Shown in pieces: positions 1 to 8,515 of a DNA stretch of 32,000 nt. The stretch's first letter is position 1. Each line of letters begins with the position of its first letter. The DNA lies in contig CAZCAP010000001.1 of assembly GCA_964496765.1 (NCBI GenBank), forward strand, positions 83,814-115,813, given 5' to 3'. Under the pieces are notes generated by a model. The model was given only the letters and a program-made list of their open reading frames with translations. It ran no database searches and was not told the origin of the DNA. The position numbers and the translations under genes are program-made. This stretch comes from an uncultured archaeon (GTDB taxonomy: Archaea; Iainarchaeota; Iainarchaeia; Iainarchaeales; CSSED10-239).

Positions 1-549
1 ATAGATATCTGTCCCACCAATGACCACAGTATCTGTTTGATGTCCTTTTCTATAGGTTTTTGTTGCTGCTTCACCACAATTATTGCAAACAGCATCAAGA
101 TGAATCACATAATCAGAAATTGCCATTAAAAAACCAATATGATTTTTCCCATCTTTAAATGGAAATGGATCTCCAAGATAGGTTTGATTTAATCCGCTAG
201 TAAATACATTAATTCCTTGACTTGTTAATCTTTTAATAACATCAAGAATATCTGATTCAAAGAATTGAACCTCATCAATAAAAATATTTTTTAATGATTG
301 TTCTTTATTATTTGCATTAGAAAAATATGTAGAGCATATTTGATAGATCTCTTCTGATGTTTTCACAATATTTGCAGGGATTGCTCTCCCATCATGATTA
401 ACAACCTTCTCTTCTGAATATCTATGATCAATAAATGGTTTAAAGAGAAAAGATTTTCTTCTTCCAATCTCTTCTCTTGAAAATAGTCTTAGAAGTTCAG
501 TTGTTTTCCCTGAAAACATTGGTCCTGTAATTGTAGTGAGCTTACCCAT
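1..549 (-). CDS. tdk: Thymidine kinase (C-terminus truncated by window edge)
   Basis: Reverse-strand translation begins [52 protein letters not shown] P-loop and later FIDEVQFF are typical of type II thymidine kinase. Confidence 0.92.
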   Translation of the reverse strand, partial: [183 protein letters not shown]

Positions 550-562
550 AATTTATCATACA

Positions 563-1297
563 TTATTTAATTTTTTCAAAACTTGCTTTATCTAAAATAA
601 ATTTATACCCTGGCATTGGAACAAAACGCGTTTTAACTCCAAAATAATTATTTAAAATTTCAAGATAAACTTTTGTAGGAGGCATTTTATTTTTAATTCT
701 TAATTGCATTAAATCAAATTTTTTCTTTGTATATAATTTTTCACGTAATAATCTTTCAAATAAAATGCGTTTTTTAACCATATTATAAAATGCATAGTCA
801 TTCTTAAGTATATTAATTGCTTCTGGATTATTTTTACAATAGGACTCAATAATGTCCTTATCTGTAATTGTATGTTTATATTTTTTATATTCTTCATTAA
901 TTATTTTATTTGTTTTTTTTGTAAAAGTAAAAAAGGTTCTCCCTATGTTTTTACTTGTTTTTTTATCAATAATTAAAATTCCTTCTATATCTATATTTTT
1001 AAAAAACAGTTTATCTACATGCCCAGCAATATCTCCAACAGATGGAAGAGCAGGTTTATCATTGAACCTACGGCTAATATGAGAATGATAGGCCCTATCT
1101 TGAAGTTTGCCTAAGTTTAAACTTACGGTCCTTTTATTTCTAATCTTACTTATTTCTTCTAATTCAGAAAATGGAGCATTTTTCTTTGTAAAAATAGCTT
1201 CTTTTTTAGTTATGTTAGGAGTAGATTCAACAATTTCTTTTGAAGTTCTATATCCAATTGGCTTAACATATTTACTTAGTTTTTTTATTGGAGGCAT
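563..1297 (-). CDS. Uncharacterised protein with HSH-x(n)-LPSxxD motif (JAMM-like candidate)
   Basis: ORF of 244 aa; RAYHSHISRRFNDKPALPSVGDI and C-terminal TRFVPMPGYKF shared in pattern with the ORF at 20603-21247. Confidence 0.8.
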   Translation of the reverse strand: MPPIKKLSKYVKPIGYRTSKEIVESTPNITKKEAIFTKKNAPFSELEEISKIRNKRTVSLNLGKLQDRAYHSHISRRFNDKPALPSVGDIAGHVDKLFFKNIDIEGILIIDKKTSKNIGRTFFTFTKKTNKIINEEYKKYKHTITDKDIIESYCKNNPEAINILKNDYAFYNMVKKRILFERLLREKLYTKKKFDLMQLRIKNKMPPTKVYLEILNNYFGVKTRFVPMPGYKFILDKASFEKIK

Positions 1298-1364
1298 AAT
1301 ATCAAATAAAATTAAGAACCAGATATTTTAAAAATAGATTTCTTTTAAATTGTAAATAAAAGAG

Positions 1365-1643
1365 GCTAGTGGTCTGCTATAAGCCGCTTTCTGTACTAAA
1401 TTGGCAATCTGTCTTATGCGGAGGTAAATTTCTCCTTGCACCACACTCTTTCTGATAAATTTTTCAGCAATTCTTGTTTCTCCTCAGTGATTACACATCA
1501 CAGGATAACAGAAACAAGCTGTCCTTTTTCTGTTCAGAAAGCATCCTTTGCAGGATGTTTGTCTTTTTATTAAGGGTGAGCGGACTTTCCTTGTCTGTTA
1601 AACCCAAAGGCTTAACAAGCATGCCAAAACACAAACCACTAAC
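1365..1643 (-). ncRNA. rnpB: RNase P RNA
   Basis: Minus strand has the conserved core GGAAAGTCCGCTC near the 5' end and ACAGAAAGCGGCTTATAGCAGACC near the 3' end; the ends form a 12-bp P1 helix (GUUAGUGGUUUG / CAGACCACUAGC); AT-rich TATA-like box tatatttaaa (~1663-1672) lies about 26 nt upstream. Confidence 0.93.
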
Positions 1644-1720
1644 ATATATATTAAGAGAAAAAGTATATTTAAAGATATTGATTGGAGGACAGTAAGTACT
1701 GTCCAACAAATATAACAATA

Positions 1721-2413
1721 TCACTTATTCCTAATTACTTCATTCACAGCTGAATAAAATCCACCCATAATTACATAAACAATAAATAACAAAATAATTG
1801 CACCAATATAGTACATTATATTTGCATTTATTCCCAATAATTGTAGGATTCCTAATAATATAGCAACGCCTAATAAATACATTACAAAGTAACCTATTAA
1901 AAAAAGCATTGAAACTAAAAAGTTTTTTGTCCAAATAGTCTTTAGATTAGATCTGAATGCAAAGAAGTTTTCGAATTTCTTATTTTGGAAATATTTAACA
2001 AATCCAACTAGTTTAATCAACTCTACAATTCCAGCAATAACCATGAATATTGCCATAATTATTGAAACAACTAGTATTAAGGCTGGATTTATTGTTGGAC
2101 TTAGTGTAATTAAATAATAGGGAATAAAACCAATTAAAACAATTATTCCTTCAATTATAAAAAATATAATTGATACAAGAATAAACATTCCAGAAAACTT
2201 AAGTATGTTTCCCCAGGTTTTATTATTATATTTATTTAATTTTCCTGTATTAAGTAAACTTGCAAGGAAACCAGTACCTAGAATCAAGATAAGTGCTGCA
2301 GAGATTATTAAAGTAACCTCACTAATTAATGCAAAAAGCATAAGAGCAAAAATAATCCATAAAAATTTGATATTAATATATGGGAAACCAAGTGTTTTTC
2401 TTAAATCAAACAT
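1721..2413 (-). CDS. Multi-pass membrane protein (DUF4013-like)
   Basis: 230 aa ORF, several hydrophobic segments; family assignment tentative. Confidence 0.75.
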   Translation of the reverse strand: MFDLRKTLGFPYINIKFLWIIFALMLFALISEVTLIISAALILILGTGFLASLLNTGKLNKYNNKTWGNILKFSGMFILVSIIFFIIEGIIVLIGFIPYYLITLSPTINPALILVVSIIMAIFMVIAGIVELIKLVGFVKYFQNKKFENFFAFRSNLKTIWTKNFLVSMLFLIGYFVMYLLGVAILLGILQLLGINANIMYYIGAIILLFIVYVIMGGFYSAVNEVIRNK

Positions 2414-2496
2414 ATCTTTTCATTTCTCCTAAATATTTTTTAAATTAGTAAATTCTTTTATTGATTGAAAGTAAAATACGTTGCTTGAAATTTAAG

Positions 2497-2569
2497 TGGA
2501 CTCTGCGAGACTCGAACTCGCGGCCTCGTCCTTGCAAGGGACGCGATCTACCAACTGATCTAAGAGCCC
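2497..2569 (-). tRNA. tRNA-Ala (TGC)
   Basis: GGGCTCT...AGAGTCC acceptor, anticodon loop CTTGCAA, T arm GCGAGTTCGAGTCTCGC. Confidence 0.95.
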
Positions 2570-2672
2570 AATATATAATTTATTGTTGATTTTCTTACTA
2601 TATACTAATATAATTATGCTTAAATATATTTATAAATACATCTTATACTAAATAATTTTTTAAAAATCAAAT

Positions 2673-3488
2673 TTAAGGAAATACTAGTTTCCAGCTTAAA
2701 CAATTAAATAAAGGTAAAATAAAGATTAATAATAAAAGAATTAATAAAGACAGGATTAAGTAAAAAATGATTTGTTTAACCTTTATTTTCTTTTGCTTAT
2801 TTGTTCTTTTAAATGCTTTTCCTAATCTAAAAAAGAGTATTGGAATCAAAAAAGATTGAATAACATAAAAAGTACACCAAATTGATGGAGAGGCTGTGCA
2901 AACATTCACAGAGAAAAGAAAATAACCAACAAAAACATAAATTGCACTAAGAATGAAAGAAATATCTGCAATAGTTAATAAATAAATTAATATTGTATGC
3001 TTTGATTTATCATCTTTAATCTCAGAATTTATTTTGAAAGCACAAATATGCCAATAAATAAAAAAGAACAACCAAACTATTGCCCACAAACCAGCAGAAC
3101 TATGTTGCAAATAAAAGCTTGTTGATCCAAAAGTTAGTGGAGAAAAAATTATTTGCAAGGAAACAAGAAAAATAGGAATAATAGCTATCCAACTATATAT
3201 TTTTGTATTTGATAAGATTTCAAGTGATCTAAGAAAGAAATATACAGCACAAATTGAAATTATTAAACCAATTTTGTAGATTATTGTATTATTTGTTAAT
3301 AAAGATAAAAATTCAAAAAATTGATGCAATCCAATACATAAAAATATAGCCATTGAAGAATATAAAAATGGTAGTAACCATTTTTTTTCTGAATTTTCAT
3401 ATTTATTTTTATAATAGAAAAAATAAATTACAGCAGATATTAGAATAATTAAAGATGTGGCTAACTGCACTCCAAGACTATAACACAT
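2673..3488 (-). CDS. Multi-pass membrane protein, unknown function, located between 16S and tRNA-Ala
   Basis: 271 aa ORF with multiple hydrophobic helices; no recognised family. Confidence 0.75.
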   Translation of the reverse strand: MCYSLGVQLATSLIILISAVIYFFYYKNKYENSEKKWLLPFLYSSMAIFLCIGLHQFFEFLSLLTNNTIIYKIGLIISICAVYFFLRSLEILSNTKIYSWIAIIPIFLVSLQIIFSPLTFGSTSFYLQHSSAGLWAIVWLFFFIYWHICAFKINSEIKDDKSKHTILIYLLTIADISFILSAIYVFVGYFLFSVNVCTASPSIWCTFYVIQSFLIPILFFRLGKAFKRTNKQKKIKVKQIIFYLILSLLILLLLIFILPLFNCLSWKLVFP

Positions 3489-3707
3489 AAGTTAATTAAT
3501 GTAATATAAATTTATAAATAGATATTGTTTAATTGAAAATAATCTACTCTGATAATAGGATAGAAAATAATAATTATCAGAACTTAGAATTAAATTGAAA
3601 ATCGAAGTTAAGATCTTGTATGTGGAGAAAACTTTCTTTACATTTTTTCTTTGAAATAGACATTTGAGTCATCTCAAAATCAATTTATATTTTGTATATA
3701 AATTATT

Positions 3708-5207
3708 TAGGAGGTGATCCGTCCGCAGGTTCCCCTACGGACACCTTGTTACAACTTAGTCTGTCTCGCGGGATATAGAATTACTTCGACCTCTAAAGAT
3801 TGAAGTTCATCCACACTCCACTCAACTGGCTTGATGGGCGGTGTGTGCAAGGCGCAGGGACATATTCACCGCGCGATAGTGACACGCGATTACTGGGGAT
3901 TCCAGCTTCATGAGGGTGAGTTGCAACCCTCAATCCGGACTTGGATTACGTTTCTGTGATTGCCACCCCCTTTCGGGTTAGAGACACATTGTCGTAACCA
4001 TTGTATGCCGCGTGTTGCCCAGGACATTAGCGCTATACAGACCTACCTTCGCCCATTCCTTCCTCATTGTTACCAATGCAGTCTTATTAGAGTGCCTCTC
4101 CATCATAAAGAAAGAAAGTAGCAACTAATAATATGGGTCTCGCCCGTTACCTGAGTTAACAGGAAGCTTCGCAGTACGAGCTGACGATGGCCATACAGCA
4201 GCTTTCAGCGTATCAGGTAAACCCTTCAGATTGACCGTCATCTGGCTGTCAGCCCTGGTGAGATATCTGGCGTTTCATCCAATTAAACCGCAGCATCCAC
4301 CCCTTGTAGTGCACCCCCGCCAATTCCATTAAGTTTCAGTCTTGCGACCATACTTCCCAGGTGGTGGATTTAATGATTTCTCTTCGGCCCTGAGTTAACT
4401 CGTAGTTAACCCAACACCTAATCCACATCGTTTACAGCTGGGACTAACCGGGTATCTAATCCGGGTTGCGCCCCCAGCTTTCGTGTCTCATTGTCAGATT
4501 AGTTCTCGTTTGGCGCCTTCGCCACAGGTGGTCCTCCTAGTATCTTAAGATTCTACTCCTACTCTAGGAATACCCCAAACGTCTCCCTATCTCTAGTTCT
4601 GTCAGTATCTTTTGCAATTCAACTGATTAAGTCAGCTGCTTTCACAAAAGACTTAACAAACCAACTACACACGCTTTAAACCAAATAATGCTGGATACCA
4701 CTCGGGGATTACGTATTACCGCGGCGGCTGGCACGCATATTGCCCCCCCCTTATTCGTATTGTTATCGACACAATACAAAAGCTTACGAATGTAAGCACT
4801 TGGAATTCCTTTATCACGGTTTCCCGCATTGTAAAATTTTCGTAACTGCTGCACCCCGTAGGGCTAGGAACATTATCTCAGTTTCCTTCTCCGGGCTCCC
4901 TCTCTCAAGGCCCGTACAGATCTTCGGCTTGGTAGGCAATTACCCTGCCAACTACCTAATCTGACGCAGTCCCATCTTTTCGCACTTAAATCTACATGAC
5001 AACTTAAGCCTTTGAAAAATCAATCATTCCAGATTTGATTTTCTATAGAGCATTATCCTTAGTTTCCCAAGTTTTACTCTTCAAAAAGGTAGGTTGACTA
5101 CGCGTTACTGAGCCGTTCGCCAAAGTTCATCATGGTTAGAACTTTTAGACTTGCATGTCTTAGTCGAATTCCAATAGCAGTACCCACCAGCAGGATCAGC
5201 TGGAATT
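3708..5207 (-). rRNA. 16S ribosomal RNA
   Basis: 3' end GGATCACCTCCT (reverse of aggaggtgatcc at 3709-3720), 5' end AATTCCAGCTGATCCTGCTGG, length ~1500 nt, conserved internal segments such as GGATTAGATACCCGG and GTGTGTGCAAGGCGCAGG on the reported strand complement. Confidence 0.97.
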
Positions 5208-5432
5208 GGTATTAATTATTATGCACACAAAGATATTTTGTAAATTTGCACAAATTGCTTTTGTTTAGCTATTTGTTTCGTCTTCTCCCAACATCAGACT
5301 CAAAAAAATTTGAGACCTCATCATTATACAAGATCCACAGTTTTACCTAAAATAGATTTAGATAAAAAAGAAACTTGATATTACCTCATTTGAAAAATTC
5401 AAACGCGGTAATATAATAATGGAGTAGAAATG

Positions 5433-5440
5433 TTTATAAA
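5433..5440 (-). promoter_or_regulatory. TATA box of the 16S transcription unit
   Basis: TTTATAAA on the minus strand; predicted start ~5411, giving a ~200 nt leader before the mature 16S. Confidence 0.5.
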
Positions 5441-5492
5441 GGTATATGTCGTTTTCCTCAGAAAAAGAAAGATTTCGGGTAGACCTATAACC

Positions 5493-5972
5493 TTATTTAG
5501 TTAATTTTTCAAGAAATCTTATTTTTTTAAGATATTTCTTATTTCCTCTTAATAAGTATATATACCTATACATTTTAAGAAGCATTCCTAATTTAACAAC
5601 AATTACCTTATTTTTTTTGTATATTATTGTTTCTCTAAGCCTATAATCTTCAAGAACAGATAAAGCAAGCTTATCATAGGATCCTTTCTTGAAAGCCATT
5701 ATATCTATTTCTGTTCCAAACAATTGAAAATCAAATCTTCCACCAGTGTCTGATTTATAATCCTTTGAATTAAATGTAACTTCTTTTATCTTAGAAAGAA
5801 CATTATCTATCTTCCTTAAATCTTTATAAAAAATAAATATATCAATGTCATTTGCTATTTTTCTAAGCCCTCTTATCTTTAGAGACAAAGATCCAAACAC
5901 AAAATAAGTTATTTTTTCTTTGTTAAATAAATCAATTATAAAAAATAGAGCTTTATTAAAATTTTTCTTCAT
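5493..5972 (-). CDS. Nucleotidyltransferase-like protein
   Basis: YFVFGSLSLKIRGLRKIANDIDIFIF resembles GS...DIDI nucleotidyltransferase core. Confidence 0.7.
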   Translation of the reverse strand: MKKNFNKALFFIIDLFNKEKITYFVFGSLSLKIRGLRKIANDIDIFIFYKDLRKIDNVLSKIKEVTFNSKDYKSDTGGRFDFQLFGTEIDIMAFKKGSYDKLALSVLEDYRLRETIIYKKNKVIVVKLGMLLKMYRYIYLLRGNKKYLKKIRFLEKLTK

Positions 5973-5980
5973 TGATTATC

Positions 5981-6448
5981 CTAATTTTTTTTATTTTTAG
6001 ATAGTATTTCTTTTGCAATTTTTTGTCTTTTCTTAATATCCATTTTAGGCCCAACTAATGTAGTTATATATCCAGGATATTTTTCAAAATAAATATTACC
6101 TGACAACTCTCCAAACTTGGAATCATCAATTTTGGGCATAGGGTATAATTTAGTATGAATGTGATTTACTCCTTGCCCTTCAAAAACCATTGCAACCCTC
6201 TTAACCCCTAATCCTTTTTCAAGAATCTTTGCAACCTTCTTTGAAATTAATAGTAACTTTGTATATACGCTAGGAGATAAATCAAAAACATAAGAACCAT
6301 AATGTTCTTTTGTTAATACAAGAGTTGCACCTTTTATATTTGGGTGGGCATCTAAAATAGCAATAAAAATTTTATCTTCATATATGATTGCAGCTTCAAG
6401 TTCCTTCTTTGCAATCTTACAAAACACACAATCAGATTTTTGCTTCAT
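5981..6448 (-). CDS. HIT family protein (variant HIHTK motif)
   Basis: CVFCKI N-terminus, AILDAHPNIKGATLVLTKEHYGSYVFDL, GVNHIHTKLYP. Confidence 0.85.
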   Translation of the reverse strand: MKQKSDCVFCKIAKKELEAAIIYEDKIFIAILDAHPNIKGATLVLTKEHYGSYVFDLSPSVYTKLLLISKKVAKILEKGLGVKRVAMVFEGQGVNHIHTKLYPMPKIDDSKFGELSGNIYFEKYPGYITTLVGPKMDIKKRQKIAKEILSKNKKN

Positions 6449-6538
6449 AATTGTCCAATAAATATAACACTAACCTTAATAATAAATAGTTTTTTAAAAA
6501 AAAGGAAAAATAAAAAAAGAAAAGTGCTTCATTTAAAT

Positions 6539-6670
6539 TTATGAAGCAGCTTTCTTTCTTAAGTATCTTCTCTCTCTCTTCTTCTCTCTCATCTTCTTCT
6601 TCTTCCATTTCCATCTTTCTCTGGATCTGGTTTTCTTAAACCTACTAGAATCTTTTTTTCTCGTACCCAT
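6539..6670 (-). CDS. Large ribosomal subunit protein eL41-like
   Basis: 43 aa ORF, MGTRKKDSSRFKKTRSRERWKWKKKKMREKKRERRYLRKKAAS; the RWKWxKKxMR...RxRR pattern resembles archaeal eL41; absent from supplied ORF track because it is short. Confidence 0.65.
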   Translation of the reverse strand: MGTRKKDSSRFKKTRSRERWKWKKKKMREKKRERRYLRKKAAS

Positions 6671-6838
6671 TTTTTTCACTTCACATTTTATTAATCATTA
6701 TTTATTTTTGGGAATAGAATACTTTTCTTTGTTTCAGAATAACTTATTGTTTCTTCTTCCCTTTTCATGGTTTATTTTTTTATTTTAAACCATTGTACAT
6801 CAACCATCGCCTGTTAATCTGGCGTGCAATTGAGGCTA

Positions 6839-6912
6839 TGCCCCGAATGGGATTCGGACCCATGTTGTCGGCTTGAAAGGCCAAAGTGATTACCGGGCTA
6901 CACTATCGGGGC
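6839..6912 (-). tRNA. tRNA-Glu (TTC)
   Basis: GCCCCGA...TCGGGGC acceptor, anticodon loop CTTTCAA, T arm ATGGGTCCGAATCCCAT. Confidence 0.92.
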
Positions 6913-7086
6913 ATATATTAACAGCTCTAGATGTAAAATAATAATAAATTACAAAAACAGCCTAATATAATTAAAGAAGCGATTTATTTATATATTATTT
7001 GTTTTCTATAATATTAAAGGTAATCTAATTATATTTTAAGAAAGTATTAATTTTAACCTAAAACCATGGAGTATGAGTGAAAATTT

Positions 7087-7239
7087 ATGGAAACATTAGC
7101 AAAAGAAAGAAGATTAAAAAATATGTGGGTTTGCATGGCCTGTAATGGAGTATCACGTGCAAAGCTAAAACCTACTTTTTGTAAAAGATGTGGCTCCATT
7201 AGAATGAGAGCAAAGAAGAAAGGAAAGAGAACAAAGTAA
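7087..7239 (+). CDS. Large ribosomal subunit protein eL40-like zinc ribbon
   Basis: 50 aa: METLAKERRLKNMWVCMACNGVSRAKLKPTFCKRCGSIRMRAKKKGKRTK; CxxC...CxxC and basic tail. Confidence 0.8.
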   Translation: METLAKERRLKNMWVCMACNGVSRAKLKPTFCKRCGSIRMRAKKKGKRTK

Positions 7240-7267
7240 ATTTAACTTTGTTTTTTTATTTTTTATT

Positions 7268-8308
7268 TCAAAACCATTTATTTATTGTTCTTTGTTTATC
7301 TTTTTCTTCTCTTGCTTTAATATATTCATCAAGTTGATTCTTTATTCTATCACTTGAGAATCCAGCCTTATTAATTAATATATTTTCAATCTCTTCTCTT
7401 GAAAAACTACCTTTCTTTATTTCAGGAGAAGGAGTTATATTTGGATTTCTAAATATTTTTTCTATTTCTTTATAATTAAATGGAATGTCTTTTCCTTTTT
7501 CTTTCAGATATTCATCTATCTCTTCAAAGGAACTATATTTTTGTACTAACTTATAAGCAGTTTGTGGACCTATACCCTGTACCTTTTCATTAAAATCAGT
7601 CCCTATTAGGATTGATAACCACAATAATTTATCATAGGTTAGATTAAGTTTAGTGTATATACAATCAGCATGAATAATCTCTGGGCTAACATCAACATAT
7701 ACATTTTTATGTGGTATTTTTTTCTTTCCAGAAACAGCAACGTTCTTTAGAAGATGGGGTGAACCAAAGAGAATACAATCATAATCTTGTGAAATAGTAT
7801 AATCAAGCAAATTATTATTTGTTAGATAAGATATTTGAGCTTCTGCTTCTCCAGGAGCATCAATATAGGACAACCCCATTGCAAGAATCAGCTCCTTTGC
7901 TTCATTAATTATCTTAGAATCAATGGTTGCTGCTTGACGAGCAAACTTATTCATGTCCTGTAAATTGCCTTCATCATATGCTTTTTGATAATTTTCTTTT
8001 GCGACTTCTCTTTTTCCTCGTCTATAATCTTTTGTTTGTTTTTTAAGCTCATGACTAACTCCATCAAAAACAAAAGTTATGTGTGGAGTATACTTTGAAA
8101 TGTTCATAAACCTATAGAATAAACCAGAATAATGACTTGTTATCTCTCCTCTTTCATTCTTAAGAGGCTCACCATCAATCCCTCTAATGGTTGTAACAAA
8201 TTGAAATAAAACATTATAGGCATCAAAACCTAGTCTCTTATTTTTAAGATTATTTAAATCAAACTTAGTTTTACAGGAATCAATAAGTCCAGAAAATGCA
8301 ATACCCAT
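7268..8308 (-). CDS. fen: Flap endonuclease 1 (start likely MGIAFSGLI; ORF extends to 8356)
   Basis: FDAYNVLFQF, FVFDG, APGEAEAQISYL, SQDYDCILFGSP, LIGTDFNEKVQGIGPQTA and C-terminal PIP-like RTINKWF. Confidence 0.95.
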   Translation of the reverse strand: MGIAFSGLIDSCKTKFDLNNLKNKRLGFDAYNVLFQFVTTIRGIDGEPLKNERGEITSHYSGLFYRFMNISKYTPHITFVFDGVSHELKKQTKDYRRGKREVAKENYQKAYDEGNLQDMNKFARQAATIDSKIINEAKELILAMGLSYIDAPGEAEAQISYLTNNNLLDYTISQDYDCILFGSPHLLKNVAVSGKKKIPHKNVYVDVSPEIIHADCIYTKLNLTYDKLLWLSILIGTDFNEKVQGIGPQTAYKLVQKYSSFEEIDEYLKEKGKDIPFNYKEIEKIFRNPNITPSPEIKKGSFSREEIENILINKAGFSSDRIKNQLDEYIKAREEKDKQRTINKWF

Positions 8309-8387
8309 AAATTCTTCTCCTAACATAATTGGATACAGAAAAGCATTTAAAAACATGCTTATTATATATTATATATAAACAAATCTG

Positions 8388-8459
8388 CATCTATAGTACA
8401 GTGGTTAGTATGAGAGCCCTCCAAGCTTTAGACTCGAGTTCGAATCTCGATAGATGCAC
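8388..8459 (+). tRNA. tRNA-Gly (TCC)
   Basis: GCATCTA/TAGATGC acceptor, T arm TCGAG TTCGAAT CTCGA, anticodon loop CCTCCAA. Confidence 0.88.
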
Positions 8460-8515
8460 TCTCAAATTTATATATTATAAGAAATTTATTTTTTTCTTAA
8501 AAAAGGTTTAAAGGT

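Noticed and set aside
1474-1724. Overlapping small ORFs on both strands (73 and 77 aa)
   Set aside because: They lie inside RNase P RNA, whose conserved core motifs and P1 helix are clear.
4642-4964. 70-aa and 74-aa ORFs
   Set aside because: They are within the 16S rRNA gene.
3711-5207. Intron within 16S
   Set aside because: The gene is ~1500 nt with conserved blocks at normal spacing, leaving no room for a sizeable intron.
6432-6614. Acidic 60-aa ORF MEMEEEEDEREEE
   Set aside because: Frame-shifted shadow of the eL41-like gene.
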